NCBI GenBank assembly: GCA_963921275.4
Contig: OZ001293.3
Coordinates: 6,720,001 to 6,784,000 of the forward strand
Direction: 5' to 3'
Origin: an uncultured Hormoscilla sp.
GTDB taxonomy: Bacteria; Cyanobacteriota; Cyanobacteriia; Cyanobacteriales; Desertifilaceae
DNA length: 64,000 bases
Under the pieces are notes generated by a model that saw only the letters and a program-made list of their open reading frames with translations, made no database searches and was not told the DNA's origin. The first letter of the stretch is position 1. The number at the start of each line of letters is the position of its first letter. Both the position numbers and the translations under genes were made by a program. Shown here piece by piece: positions 23,258-33,049 of this stretch.

Positions 23258-24887
23258 ATGGATTATCAGAAGACAATAAAACAAGCAAAACACAAGATCG
23301 AACCTCTTAAGCCAGATCGGTTCGTTAAAATTTCCGATCGCTCGGATAAATGTGACTTGTCCTCGTCCAGTTGGCGGTCCCTGATGAAAAATTCGTGCCT
23401 ACAGACATGGAAAGGGATGCTTCACCTAAAAGGGCCTGTGCGATTCGTTCTAGCCTAACGTGGTCAAACACGGAACGCTAGCCCGGTTTCATTAGCCGGG
23501 AACTCTGACCGCATGGGGGTTAAATTCCCCTCCCCCCAGGTACGGGGGTGACACCGGTCCTCGGTGCTACGAAGCGACATCATCGTGGTGCTAAGCGAGG
23601 ACTCAAATGTAGGATAACTGGCAGCCTAAGCCGGTGACGCCGCTAGGAAAGATATCCAAGGTTAGAGCAGGCAAACATGTGCAAGCCTCGTTATAAGGAA
23701 CCAGCGAAATAAGGCTATATGCGCTGGCCTAAAAAGGAAATGGTAGCTAGTATTAGTTTTAGACTCTGGCTAATATAGTACTCAAATAGCTCCCGGGGTA
23801 TAGTGTGGACCTAAAGGTATCGCGAAATGTTGTTAGGGAACGAAGTAACCTCTCGTGTGCTGTCCATCAGGACAAGTTAGATGTTAAGCGCAAGCCACGG
23901 GGGGAGGGATGGCCCAAGAAGCGAATGCCCGGGGTAATTCCTGGGATAACATCTACAGTAATGTAGATGATGCTGGGTAGCCAGCGCTGACGTGGGTCGG
24001 TGATACTAGGAAGCTGCTGGAATGAGTAATCCTAAAAAGCCACGGAACTAATCCGAAACGCAAGTGGAGGATAAGGTATGGATAACTGGTAAAACTGACT
24101 TGAAAATGGTGATACTAACGGTTATCAGAACAACCACTCGCTAAACCAGGAAAGGGAAGAAAAGACAGGCGGCAAGGGCTAACGGAAGTAATTCCTATTA
24201 AGTCTACCTATGAAAAGGGCCTAGTACCCAGTAGCCGGATGCGGTGAAAATCGCAAGTCCGGTTCCTCAAGGGAGGGTCGGGAAGCGATTCCCGGCTCGA
24301 CCCCATCCACAGAAATCGCACTTTACCCGATGCTTCTATACGAGATTCAGCCAAAAACGATTCTCGAAATTGGTGCTTTCACTGGTGGCTGCGCGGTTTG
24401 GCTGGCCGATCTTCTGGATGTGTTGTAGATTGAAGGTTGTATCTACTCTGTCGATATCGATCTTTCACTCCTTGAGGAGAAAGCAAAAACTGACTCTAGA
24501 ATTCATTTTGTGGAGGGAGATTGCAATAACATTCAAGCAGCTTTTCCTCCAGACTTGCTTGCTAAGCTCGCTCATCCTTGGCTTTTGGTTGAAGATGCGC
24601 ATGTAAACACAATCGGAGTCGTTGAATATATTCACAATAATGGTCTCCAGACTGGAGACTATCTTATTATTGACGACACCAACAAACTGCAGATAGAATC
24701 ATGGGGAAGTTTGGGGGAAGATGGGGAAAATAGATTGGAAGCTGTAGAACAAGGGAAGCAAAAGATAGATGAATTGAAAGCTTGGTTAATGCTTCACTCA
24801 GATGAGTATTTAATTGATACTTACTATCAAGACATGTATGGCTATAACGGAGCTAGGAGTTCAAATTATATTCTCAAAAGAGTCTAA
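23258..24887 (+). pseudogene. CmcI-like methyltransferase paralog with a group II intron (exons 23258-23437, 24309-24887) and an in-frame TAG at 24426-24428
   Basis: Spliced junction WKGMLHLKGP|TEIALYPMLL aligns without gaps to WKGVLLEKDPMQIAAYPMLL of 15384-16139. Confidence 0.88.
23438..24308 (+). mobile_element. ORF-less group II intron, copy 4 (871 nt)
   Basis: Same sequence and boundaries as copies 1-3. Confidence 0.95.
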
Positions 24888-24948
24888 GTTGCGTATTACT
24901 TGGTATTCGACAATAAGACGTGCGGAATGTAGATTGTTTGCAACTCCA

Positions 24949-25039
24949 TAAATCACCTTCACTATCTTAACCCCCTCCGAGAGCAAGTAACAAGATTTTT
25001 TGTTAATTTATGTTAACAATTATGAGCTTGTAGGTTCTG
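24949..25039 (+). repeat. 91-bp imperfect direct repeat, copy 2
   Basis: See 20916-21006. Confidence 0.85.
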
Positions 25040-25049
25040 CCTACCCTGA

Positions 25050-25340
25050 CTATAGCTTTGGTCGATCGCCCCCTCGATCGCCCCCCCGATCGCCTCTCTC
25101 CGTAGCAGGAACTGTGGTAACTTCATTCAAAGACCAGCGATAGTCAATGGGCAAGTTAGCCTGGTGGCAACTTTCTTCCAGTTGTCTCTGTTGGGCCAGG
25201 GCTTTTCGCAGGGTAATAATCAACTGATGGACTTGTTCCTGCTGCGGAGACTGGTTACTAACAGCTAACCATGTCTGCCGTTCTAAAAGTTGCAGTAGCA
25301 GTTCGTAGTGAATGTGAGAAGGAATGGGAATAGGCTCCAT
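25050..25340 (-). CDS. Conserved cyanobacterial hypothetical protein (DUF5340-like)
   Basis: MEPIPIPSHIHYELLLQLLERQT...LRKALAQQRQLE...YRWSLN; C-terminal HIP1-based 12-bp repeats (GDRG). Confidence 0.7.
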   Translation of the reverse strand: MEPIPIPSHIHYELLLQLLERQTWLAVSNQSPQQEQVHQLIITLRKALAQQRQLEESCHQANLPIDYRWSLNEVTTVPATERGDRGGDRGGDRPKL

Positions 25341-25496
25341 CGATGTAAATATCCCAAAAAATTGTAGTATAGACTGTCGCTCATTTAATTTGCACCCAAG
25401 AAAAGCTGATATCATTGTTGCCAATAATTTTAATTTTGAATTGCTTATAATTGATGCCTGTTATTTTTTATTCCAGGCATCAATCCGGTTTTTTTC

Positions 25497-26522
25497 TTAG
25501 GGAAACAGATGCCCGATCTCCTGTCCAGGTTCGGGCTGTTTCACTAGCGATTCGCCAATCAATACAGCAGCAGCACCCGCATCGCCAACCAGTTTCAGGT
25601 CAGTTGGAGTATGGAGTCCCGACTCACTCACTACTAATATACCCCGTGCTTGCAAAATATGCCCCCGGGCCTCTAGCAGCTGGCAAGTTGTTTGCAAGTC
25701 TACGGAAAAATCTTCCAAATTGCGATTATTAATCCCGACTATGGTAACGTCTTTCAGAGCTAAAACTCGGTCTAGTTCTGCTAGAGAGTGAACTTCTATC
25801 AAGGGAGTCATCTGCAATACCCTCGCGATCTTCACAAAGTATTGCAGATCCCGATCGCCCAGAATGGCCGCTATTAACAGTACCGCATCCGCGCCATAGA
25901 TCCGGGCCAGATATATTTGGTAAGGATAGATGATAAACTCCTTACATAACAAGGGCAAGTCTACAGCATTTCTGACCTGACCCAGGTTTTCAAAGCTGCC
26001 TTGAAAGTATTTTGCATCCGTGAGCACCGACAGGCAAGTTGCGCCCCCTTGCTGGTAGGAACGGGCGATCGCCACTGGATCGAAGTCCTCGCGAATCACC
26101 CTTAGAAGATGCTGTGGGCGAATTACCAGATCATGCGCTATGAGTAGGGAGCAGGGAGCAGGGAGCAGGGAGAGGGGAGAGGGATGAAATCATTGATTTC
26201 TGGTGGTTCGGGACAACTGGGGGTGAAACCCCAGTTAATTACCCCACAGTATCTTAGAAGGAGAGACCTTTTTCACTTCAGCGATGAGGGCGGGGGAAGT
26301 TTTGCCCCTGCGCAAGGCCCCGACAAAGTCCCGGGATGCTGGCGCTTTCTCTACCTGACGCTTCAGGTCGCTCAAAGGTAACTTTGAGCGCCTCTGGTCA
26401 ATTTCCTTTTCTTTGTGCCAGACAATTTATATATTCTGGGGGGCGCTATCAGGCAAAGTTACCTCATAACGCAGGTTAAGTAGATCTACAGGCGGGCTGG
26501 GGGAACGGCGACGGATTTGCAT
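25497..26522 (-). pseudogene. trpC: Indole-3-glycerol phosphate synthase, disrupted
   Basis: MQIRRRSP... then TAA near 26428 ([12 protein letters not shown]); [11 protein letters not shown] is cut by a 144-bp MITE; intact C-terminal part [31 protein letters not shown]. Confidence 0.9.
26109..26252. mobile_element. 144-bp MITE inside trpC
   Basis: TIR ATGCTGTGGG / CCCACAGTAT; 8-bp TSD CTTAGAAG; internal GGGAGCA heptamers. Confidence 0.8.
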
Positions 26523-26796
26523 AAATTACTCATTGTTAATTGTCAATTGCTAATTGTCAATTGTTGATTGTCAATTGTCAATTGCTAAAAAGGGATGGTG
26601 CCGACCACCTCCGGACAGGCGGGACGTCCGTCCTACCCATGAGACATCGCCCGTTTATAGGCATCGTCCAGGACTTCTGAGAGTGTGGGATGGGTGTGAA
26701 CCAGATGGCCCAGGGTATTGACTGACTGACGTGAGGCGATCGGCAACTTTTTGATTAAGTCTATCACATCTTTAATAAAATGGTATTAGTTTTGTC

Positions 26797-27864
26797 TTAC
26801 ACTTCAACTGGTGTATCCTCCCGAGGCTGGCTACCATTTCCGGACACCTCCACTTCGATGTCTCCGGAGACATCGACCCGAGGTTGTAGTAATTCTTGGC
26901 GGAAAGCTTGCTTGGTTTGAACATTCAAGTACCGATGCTGTAAGCTTTGCCATTGCTGCCATGCTTGGTAACGGTTGTTGGCCAACAGTCCGGCGAGGTG
27001 AGGAGTTTTGGTGCGGATGCCCGAACCAAAGACATGGTTGAGGAATTCTTCCAAAACTTGAGAGTCTTGAATGTCACCCAAGACTGTTTGCACCTGCTTC
27101 ACGTCTTCCACATAATCTTGATAAGTAGGACCATACAGATCGGTAAATAAGCTCATTTGGTAGCGCACCCGCTTGGCTTGTTTGCGGAGGCTGTGCAGCA
27201 TCTTTCCCTGAGTGGCTATTAGTGACTCGACAGTTGCGGGTGTCATTTTCTGGGGACTGTCACTCGACCTATCGGAAAGTTGCACTCCCACTAGCCAACC
27301 GGGGTGCAGCAGCAGCTGGCTGCTCAAGGACAAAAGTATATCTGGCAGCACATCTGTAACTGGCATCTGGGCGAATTCTTTATAGGTCGGCAACCCCAGC
27401 CACCCTTGCAGAGTTTGCTTCAGTTTCTGGTATTCTTTCTGATGCTTGAGGGTTGTCTGTACTTGTTTTAAGGCTTTGCGTCGCTGTTTTGCCAGCTTCG
27501 TCAGGGCGAACTTCACTTGGGGCTGTTCTTGAGTCGGTACGGCAGGTTGGTAACGGCTTTTCAGGGCTTCTTGGAGGACATCTAGATCTCTGAGGTTTCC
27601 CAGGATGCGGACAATTTTGCCAATTTCTTTCTCACTAGCGGCTTTGGGTAAGTCTAAGGCGGCTGCGAAACCTGTCACTATTGTCCGCAAGCGCCGCATC
27701 ACGATCCGCATTTGGTGCAGTGCTTCTGGATCTCGGTCCTTGAGCACGTCGCTTTCGTACTTGATGGTTTTCTGGAAATATTTGGCGATCGCCAACTTGG
27801 CCCAGTCTCCGAGAGTTTCTGTCTGGCCTCGGGTTTGTATGCTCATTGTATATACTACCTCCAC
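26797..27864 (-). CDS. CHAD domain protein (polyphosphate-binding family)
   Basis: DPEALHQMRIVMRRLRT, LGNLRDLDVL, LHSLRKQAKRVRY, QTVLGDIQDSQV. Confidence 0.88.
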   Translation of the reverse strand: MEVVYTMSIQTRGQTETLGDWAKLAIAKYFQKTIKYESDVLKDRDPEALHQMRIVMRRLRTIVTGFAAALDLPKAASEKEIGKIVRILGNLRDLDVLQEALKSRYQPAVPTQEQPQVKFALTKLAKQRRKALKQVQTTLKHQKEYQKLKQTLQGWLGLPTYKEFAQMPVTDVLPDILLSLSSQLLLHPGWLVGVQLSDRSSDSPQKMTPATVESLIATQGKMLHSLRKQAKRVRYQMSLFTDLYGPTYQDYVEDVKQVQTVLGDIQDSQVLEEFLNHVFGSGIRTKTPHLAGLLANNRYQAWQQWQSLQHRYLNVQTKQAFRQELLQPRVDVSGDIEVEVSGNGSQPREDTPVEV

Positions 27865-27924
27865 AAGTCAGTAAGGGTTCAAACTATTCTCACTTCAGCT
27901 GAATGTCACTGCTGTGTCCCCTAT

Positions 27925-28125
27925 GCATGTGCTCCTACGATGTCTCCGCCGTGTCTCCTGGGTAGTGCTCCTACGATGTTCCCCGGGTAGTGCGATTACG
28001 ATGTCTCCGGAGTAGTGCTCCTACGATGTCTCCTGGGTAGTGCTCAACCGCGCTCCCAGGAGACATCAAGCTCTCCAGAGACATCGAGCTCCCGGGGAAC
28101 ATCTAGCGACCAGGAGACACGGCCT
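27925..28125. repeat. Short repeats CTACGATGTCTCC and inverted GAGACATCGAGCTC
   Basis: Direct inspection; same family at about 3930-4050 inside the 975-bp element. Confidence 0.7.
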
Positions 28126-28177
28126 GGGTAGTGCGGCTGGAGGGAGGCACGGCTTATTTCGCTGCCATTCCACTTCA

Positions 28178-28220
28178 GTTTAACTTCAATTCATCTTTAG
28201 GTTAACACAAAGTTAACAAA
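28178..28220 (-). promoter_or_regulatory. Possible SphR (Pho-box-like) 11-bp-spaced TTAAC repeats upstream of the CHAD gene
   Basis: Minus strand GTTAACTT-tgt-GTTAACCT-aaa-GATGAATT-gaa-GTTAAACT, imperfect match to PyTTAAPyPy(T/A). Confidence 0.3.
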
Positions 28221-28629
28221 ATCAGCCTATCTGATGACAATATTTTGTAATGCTACTAATAACTTAAGTGGGCTAGCTGTATAAATTGACATGGGATGAT
28301 TTTATCTGTTGCACTCAATCGCGATAAAAACCTTGTTATCATTATATGTAGCATGATTTAATAGAAATAAATTATTTTCATATTATACTGCGAACGGTCA
28401 GGAACTGAGCTTTTTGGGGCTGTAAAGAATGTCACTGGACAGTGGGAAGTTCTTTCGATGTATGCCATTAGAAATACGAACAAGGGAACAGAGGTGAGAC
28501 AAAAAAACACTCCCGCAGGCTTGGCCACAGGAATGTTATATACTGGTAGAGTTATGGAGACTCAACCAGTAGAAATCAATTATGGGCATTCTAGAATCTC
28601 TCGGCATTAATATTATTACCACAGAGTCA

Positions 28630-29034
28630 GAAGTTAACCGCAAAGATGTCCTGCAACTGCTACGGGAAATACAATATTACTAGCGCAGTCGCCGCATTCG
28701 TCAAGGACATGCCCGCAAACGCCTGCAAGGTAAACCGCCACCGGGTAAAGTACCCTACGGATACAAGCGGGGTAAAAATAGCTATGCGATCGATCGGGCG
28801 GCGGCGCCAGTAGTGAAGGATTTTTTTGCACAATTTCTGCTGTATGGTTCTTTGCGGGGTGCGGTGCGCTATTTGGAGAAGAGATATGGCAAGAAGATAT
28901 CGGTTTCTACAGGACGGCGGTGGCTGACTAACCCCGTGTATCGGGGGGATACGGCTTTCCGAGATGGTGAGATTATCTCGGATACCTATGTAGCAATTAT
29001 TTTACGAGAAGAGGCGGCCCAGGTAGTAAATTAG
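28630..29034 (+). pseudogene. Fragment of a cyanobacterial large serine recombinase-like gene
   Basis: RIRQGHARKRLQGKPPPGKVPYGYKRG...FLLYGSLRGAVRYL...WLTNPVYRG; no N-terminus, premature stop. Confidence 0.7.
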
Positions 29035-29106
29035 GGGGGCCGAGCTGCGGGAACCGCAAGATTTGACGGCCACAATTCGTCCCCTGCAATGCTGCGGTGC
29101 TGAGCT

Positions 29107-32100
29107 CTAGGTCGGTAGGAGAGGAGTGCTATTCTGATCGCTCACGTAAATCTTTGAAATCCCCTGTAGGGTGACCAGGGTGTCCCTTTCAAAGTTAATC
29201 AAGGTATCTAGGCCCTGATAGACGTGAGCCAAATCTACCGTTCCGGAAAAATCGCGTCCAGCCCGATCGCGTTCAGCCCCGTCCGTATAATCTTCAAAGT
29301 CTATGATAGTACCCATCATGTCCGACTCCAGAACAAAAATATTGGCCTCTGATCCTTCGTAGAGACGATCGCTTCCATGGTTTCCGTAGACGCGATCTCT
29401 TCCCTCCCTGCCGATCAGAGTGTCCTCCTCCTCCTTCTCAAAGAGTGATAAAGTTAGGGGTTGGGGGTTGAGAGTTAGGGATTGACGAGTATTGCTGAAG
29501 TTAAGGTCGGTAGGAGAGGAGTTGACATTGTTGACATTAATAGTAAAAGCCTCCGAGTAACTAAGCCCACCAGCATCAGTAGTCTGGACGCGGATGCTGT
29601 AACTGGACTGGGTCTCAAAGTCAGGGGAACTGTTAATTTGCAGTGAGTTCCCTTCTATGGTGAAGGCGTCGTTATCATCGGCACCAGCGCCTCCGACTAA
29701 CTGGTAGGTAAAGGTATCGGAAGAGTCAGGATCGGTAGTTGAGAAAGTCCCTACGACTGCATTATCAGGGGAGTTAGAATCAATGCTGCTGCTGCTAAGG
29801 ACTAGGTCGGTAGGAGACTCGCCGACATCGTTGACATTAATAGTCAAGACCTCCTCAAAACTATTACTAGCAGAGTCAGTAGTCTGGACGCGGAGGCTGT
29901 AACTGGACTGAGTCTCAAAGTCCAAAGAACTGTTAGTTAGCAGTTGGTCCCCTACTATAGTAAAGGCATTGTTGCCCGATCCAAGCATGTAGGTAAAGCT
30001 ATCTCCCTCGTCGGGGTCAGTAGTAGACAAAGTCCCACAACTGCACCCAATGGAGAGTTAGAATCAATGCTGCTGCTGCTAAGGACTAGGTCGGTAGGAG
30101 ACTCGCCGACATCGTTGACGCTAATAGTCAAGGCTTCTGAGTAACTGTTCCCAGTAGAGTCAGTAGTCTGGACGCCGATGCTGTAACTCGATTTTCTCTC
30201 AAAGTCAGGGGAACTGTTAATTTGCAGTGAGTTCCCTTCTATGGTGAAGGCGTCGTTATCATCGGCACCAGCGCCTCCGACTAACTGGTAGGTAAAGGTA
30301 TCGGAAGAGTCAGGATCGGTAGTTGAGAAAGTCCCTACGACTGCATTATCAGGGGAGTTAGAATCAATGCTGCTGCTGCTAAGGACTAGGTCGGTAGGAG
30401 ACTCGCCGACATCGTTGACATTAATAGTCAAGACCTCCTCAAAACTATTACTAGCAGAGTCAGTAGTCTGGACGCGGAGGCTGTAACTGGACTGAGTCTC
30501 AAAGTCCAAAGAACTGTTAGTTAGCAGTTGGTCCCCTACTATAGTAAAGGCATTGTTGCCCGATCCAAGCATGTAGGTAAGCTATCTCCCTCGTCGGGGT
30601 CAGTAGTAGACAAAGTCCCCACAACTGCACCCAATGGAGAGTTAGAATCAATGCTGCTGCTGCTAAGGACTAGGTCGGTAGGAGACTCGCCGACATCGTT
30701 GACGCTAATAGTCAAGGCTTCTGAGTAACTGTTCCCAGTAGAGTCAGTAGTCTGGACGCCGATGCTGTAACTCGATTTTATCTCAAAGTCAGGGGAACTG
30801 TTAATTTGCAGTGAGTTCCCTTCTATGGTGAAGGCGTCGTTATCATCGGCACTAGCGCCTCCGATTAACTGGTAGGTAAAGGTATCGGAAGAGTCAGGAT
30901 CGGTAGTTAAGAAAGTCCCTACGACTGCATTATCAGGGGAGTTAGAATCAATGCTGCTGCTGCTAAGGACTAGGTCGGTAGGAGAGGAGTTGACATTGTT
31001 GACATTAATAGTAAAAGCCTCCGAGTAACTAAGCCCACCAGCATCAGTAGTCTGGACGCGGATGCTGTAACTGGACTGAGTCTCAAAGTCCAAAGAACTG
31101 TTAGTTAGCAGTTGGTCCCCTACTATAGTAAAGGCATTGTTGCCGGAGACAAGCATGTAGGTAAAGCTATCTCCCTCGTTGGGGTCGGTAGTAGAGAAAG
31201 TCCCTACGACTGCACCCAATGGAGAGTTAGAATCAATGCTGCTGTTGCTGAGTTCTAGATCGGTAGGAGGGGAGTTCTCTATAACAATGTCAAAGGTATC
31301 TGTCACTTCAGATTTCGCTCTGTCGATGGCGGTTACCGTCACGGTAAAGGTGTCTGCGGTAGTAGGGATACCGCTGATAACTCCCTGAGAGTTGATCGTT
31401 ACGCCCCCTGGTAAACCGGTAGCTGTGTAATTGTCGATGTTGTTATTGATGTCGCCGAAATTTGCGCTAATGTCTATGTTGAGGTTATTACCTAGCAAGA
31501 GTTGGACGTCGGGAATCTCGGTTAAAACATAAGGGGGGTTTTCCAATCGCTTTGAGGCACTCAAATCTAGAACCTCTTGGGGGATGCTGCCAGTCAGTTG
31601 GTTGTCGGACAGCTGGAGAAACTCCAAATTGGAAAGATTCCCTAACTCCGTCGGGATGCTGCCAGTCAGTTGGTTGTCGGACAGCTGGAGAAACTCCAAA
31701 TTGGAAAGATTCCCTAACTCCGTCGGGATGCTGCCAGTCAGTCGGTTTCTGTCCAGCTGGAGATCCTTCAAATTGGAAAGATTCCCTAACTCCGTCGGGA
31801 TGCTGCCAGTCAGTTGGTTGGAGTTCAGCTGGAGAAGTTGCAAATTAGAAAGATTCCCTAACTCCGTCGGGATGCTGCCAGTCAGTTGGTTGGAGAACAG
31901 CTGGAGATCCTCCAAATTGGAAAGATTCCCTAACTCCGTCGGGATGCTGCCAGTCAGTTGGTTGTCGGACAGCTGGAGAAACTCCAAATTGGAAAGATTC
32001 CCTAACTCCGTCGGGATGCTGCCAGTCAGTTGGTTGTCGGACAGCAAGAGATTCTCCAAATTGGAAAGATTCCCTAACTCCGTCGGGATGCTGCCAGTCA

Positions 32101-33017
32101 AGTTGGTTGGAGGACAGCCGGAGATTCTCCAAATTGGAAAGATTCCCTAACTCCGTCGGGATGCTGCCAGTCAGTTGGTTGGAGAACAGCCGGAGATCCT
32201 CCAAATTGGAAAGATTCCCTAACTCCGTCGGGATGCTGCCAGTCAGTCGGTTGTTGTTCAGCCAGAGCGACTCCAAATTGGAAAGATTCCCTAACTCCGT
32301 CGGGATGCTGCCAGTCAGTTGGTTGAAGCTTAGGATGAGCCTTATCACCCTGTCGCTAGTTACCGTCACTCCATGCCAACCATTAACAACAGAAGCTTCG
32401 GGGGGAATTGCGCTGTTGAAATTCCAGTCCCGCCAGCCTGTATTGCTCCTCCAAGAAACCCCATTGGTGCTTTGATAGAGAGCCCTTAAGGCCTGATACT
32501 CCTGCTGGGAGATCAATATGCCCCCATAGGCCATCTGAGCTTCTGCGGACAATGCTAAGGGAGTTTTCATCCCCGGAGTTCGCCACTCCAACTTCCAATT
32601 TCCGCCCCGGGCTGCTGCCCCTGTCCGGGTAGTAGAGGCGGCGAGGGATGCCCCGGTTAGGGTCTGTAGCTTAGTCATCAACTCCTCTCCTGCATCTCCG
32701 GCGGCGACGTTACAGCCGTAGAGTAGGAGTTGTTTTACCTTCCACTTCTGCAGGGTAGAGGCGTAATCTCCTAGAGTATCTAAACTCAGTTGGGAGTTTC
32801 CCAGATACAGACAACCAGGGCTGCCGTGGGAAAGTAGGTGCAGGACTTCTGTTTCCTTATGCTGTTGGAGAAGTTCGCTGATCTGTTTGATGCCATCGGA
32901 CCGAAGGTCTAAGAGGAAAGATTTGGCCCCAGGCCGGATGCCGTCTATAAGCTGCTGGTAGTTTTCTAGGGAGGCATCCACTACTACGATGGTGTTGGTA
33001 AAAGATTTATGCTTCAT
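29107..33017 (-). pseudogene. DUF4347-LRR-Ig-cadherin repeat surface protein (chimera of paralogs B and A) with three single-base frameshifts
   Basis: ATG 33017 MKHKSFTN; HLLSHGSPG, LLLYGCNVAAG (DUF4347); 10 full 24-aa LRR units; 3 x 585-bp double-cadherin units; indels near 32101, 30580, 30035. Confidence 0.85.
31582..32325 (-). repeat. 72-bp LRR-coding tandem array
   Basis: Near-invariant scaffold of about 50 bp (AAATTGGAAAGATTCCCTAACTCCGTCGGGATGCTGCCAGTCAGTYGGTT) alternating with variable segments of about 21 bp. Confidence 0.95.
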
Positions 33018-33049
33018 TTTTTGGTTGCTGAATTGATTTTTCTGTCGAG

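Noticed and set aside
24426..24428. In-frame TAG/TAA (with 17477) as stop-codon recoding
   Set aside because: TAG and TAA end normal genes here and the same genes carry other lesions, so decay is simpler
24244..24606. ORFs overlapping intron ends (also 22710-22958)
   Set aside because: Incidental frames across domains V/VI; the spliced frame matches the paralog
28630..29034. Recombinase fragment as cause of the duplication or a prophage integrase
   Set aside because: Lacks the catalytic N-terminus; junctions show only 2-3 bp microhomology and no att sites or phage genes
31582..32325. Repeat-spacer pattern resembling a CRISPR array (also 50213-50600)
   Set aside because: The period is 72 bp and encodes LRRs in frame; the variable parts are homologous to each other; no cas genes
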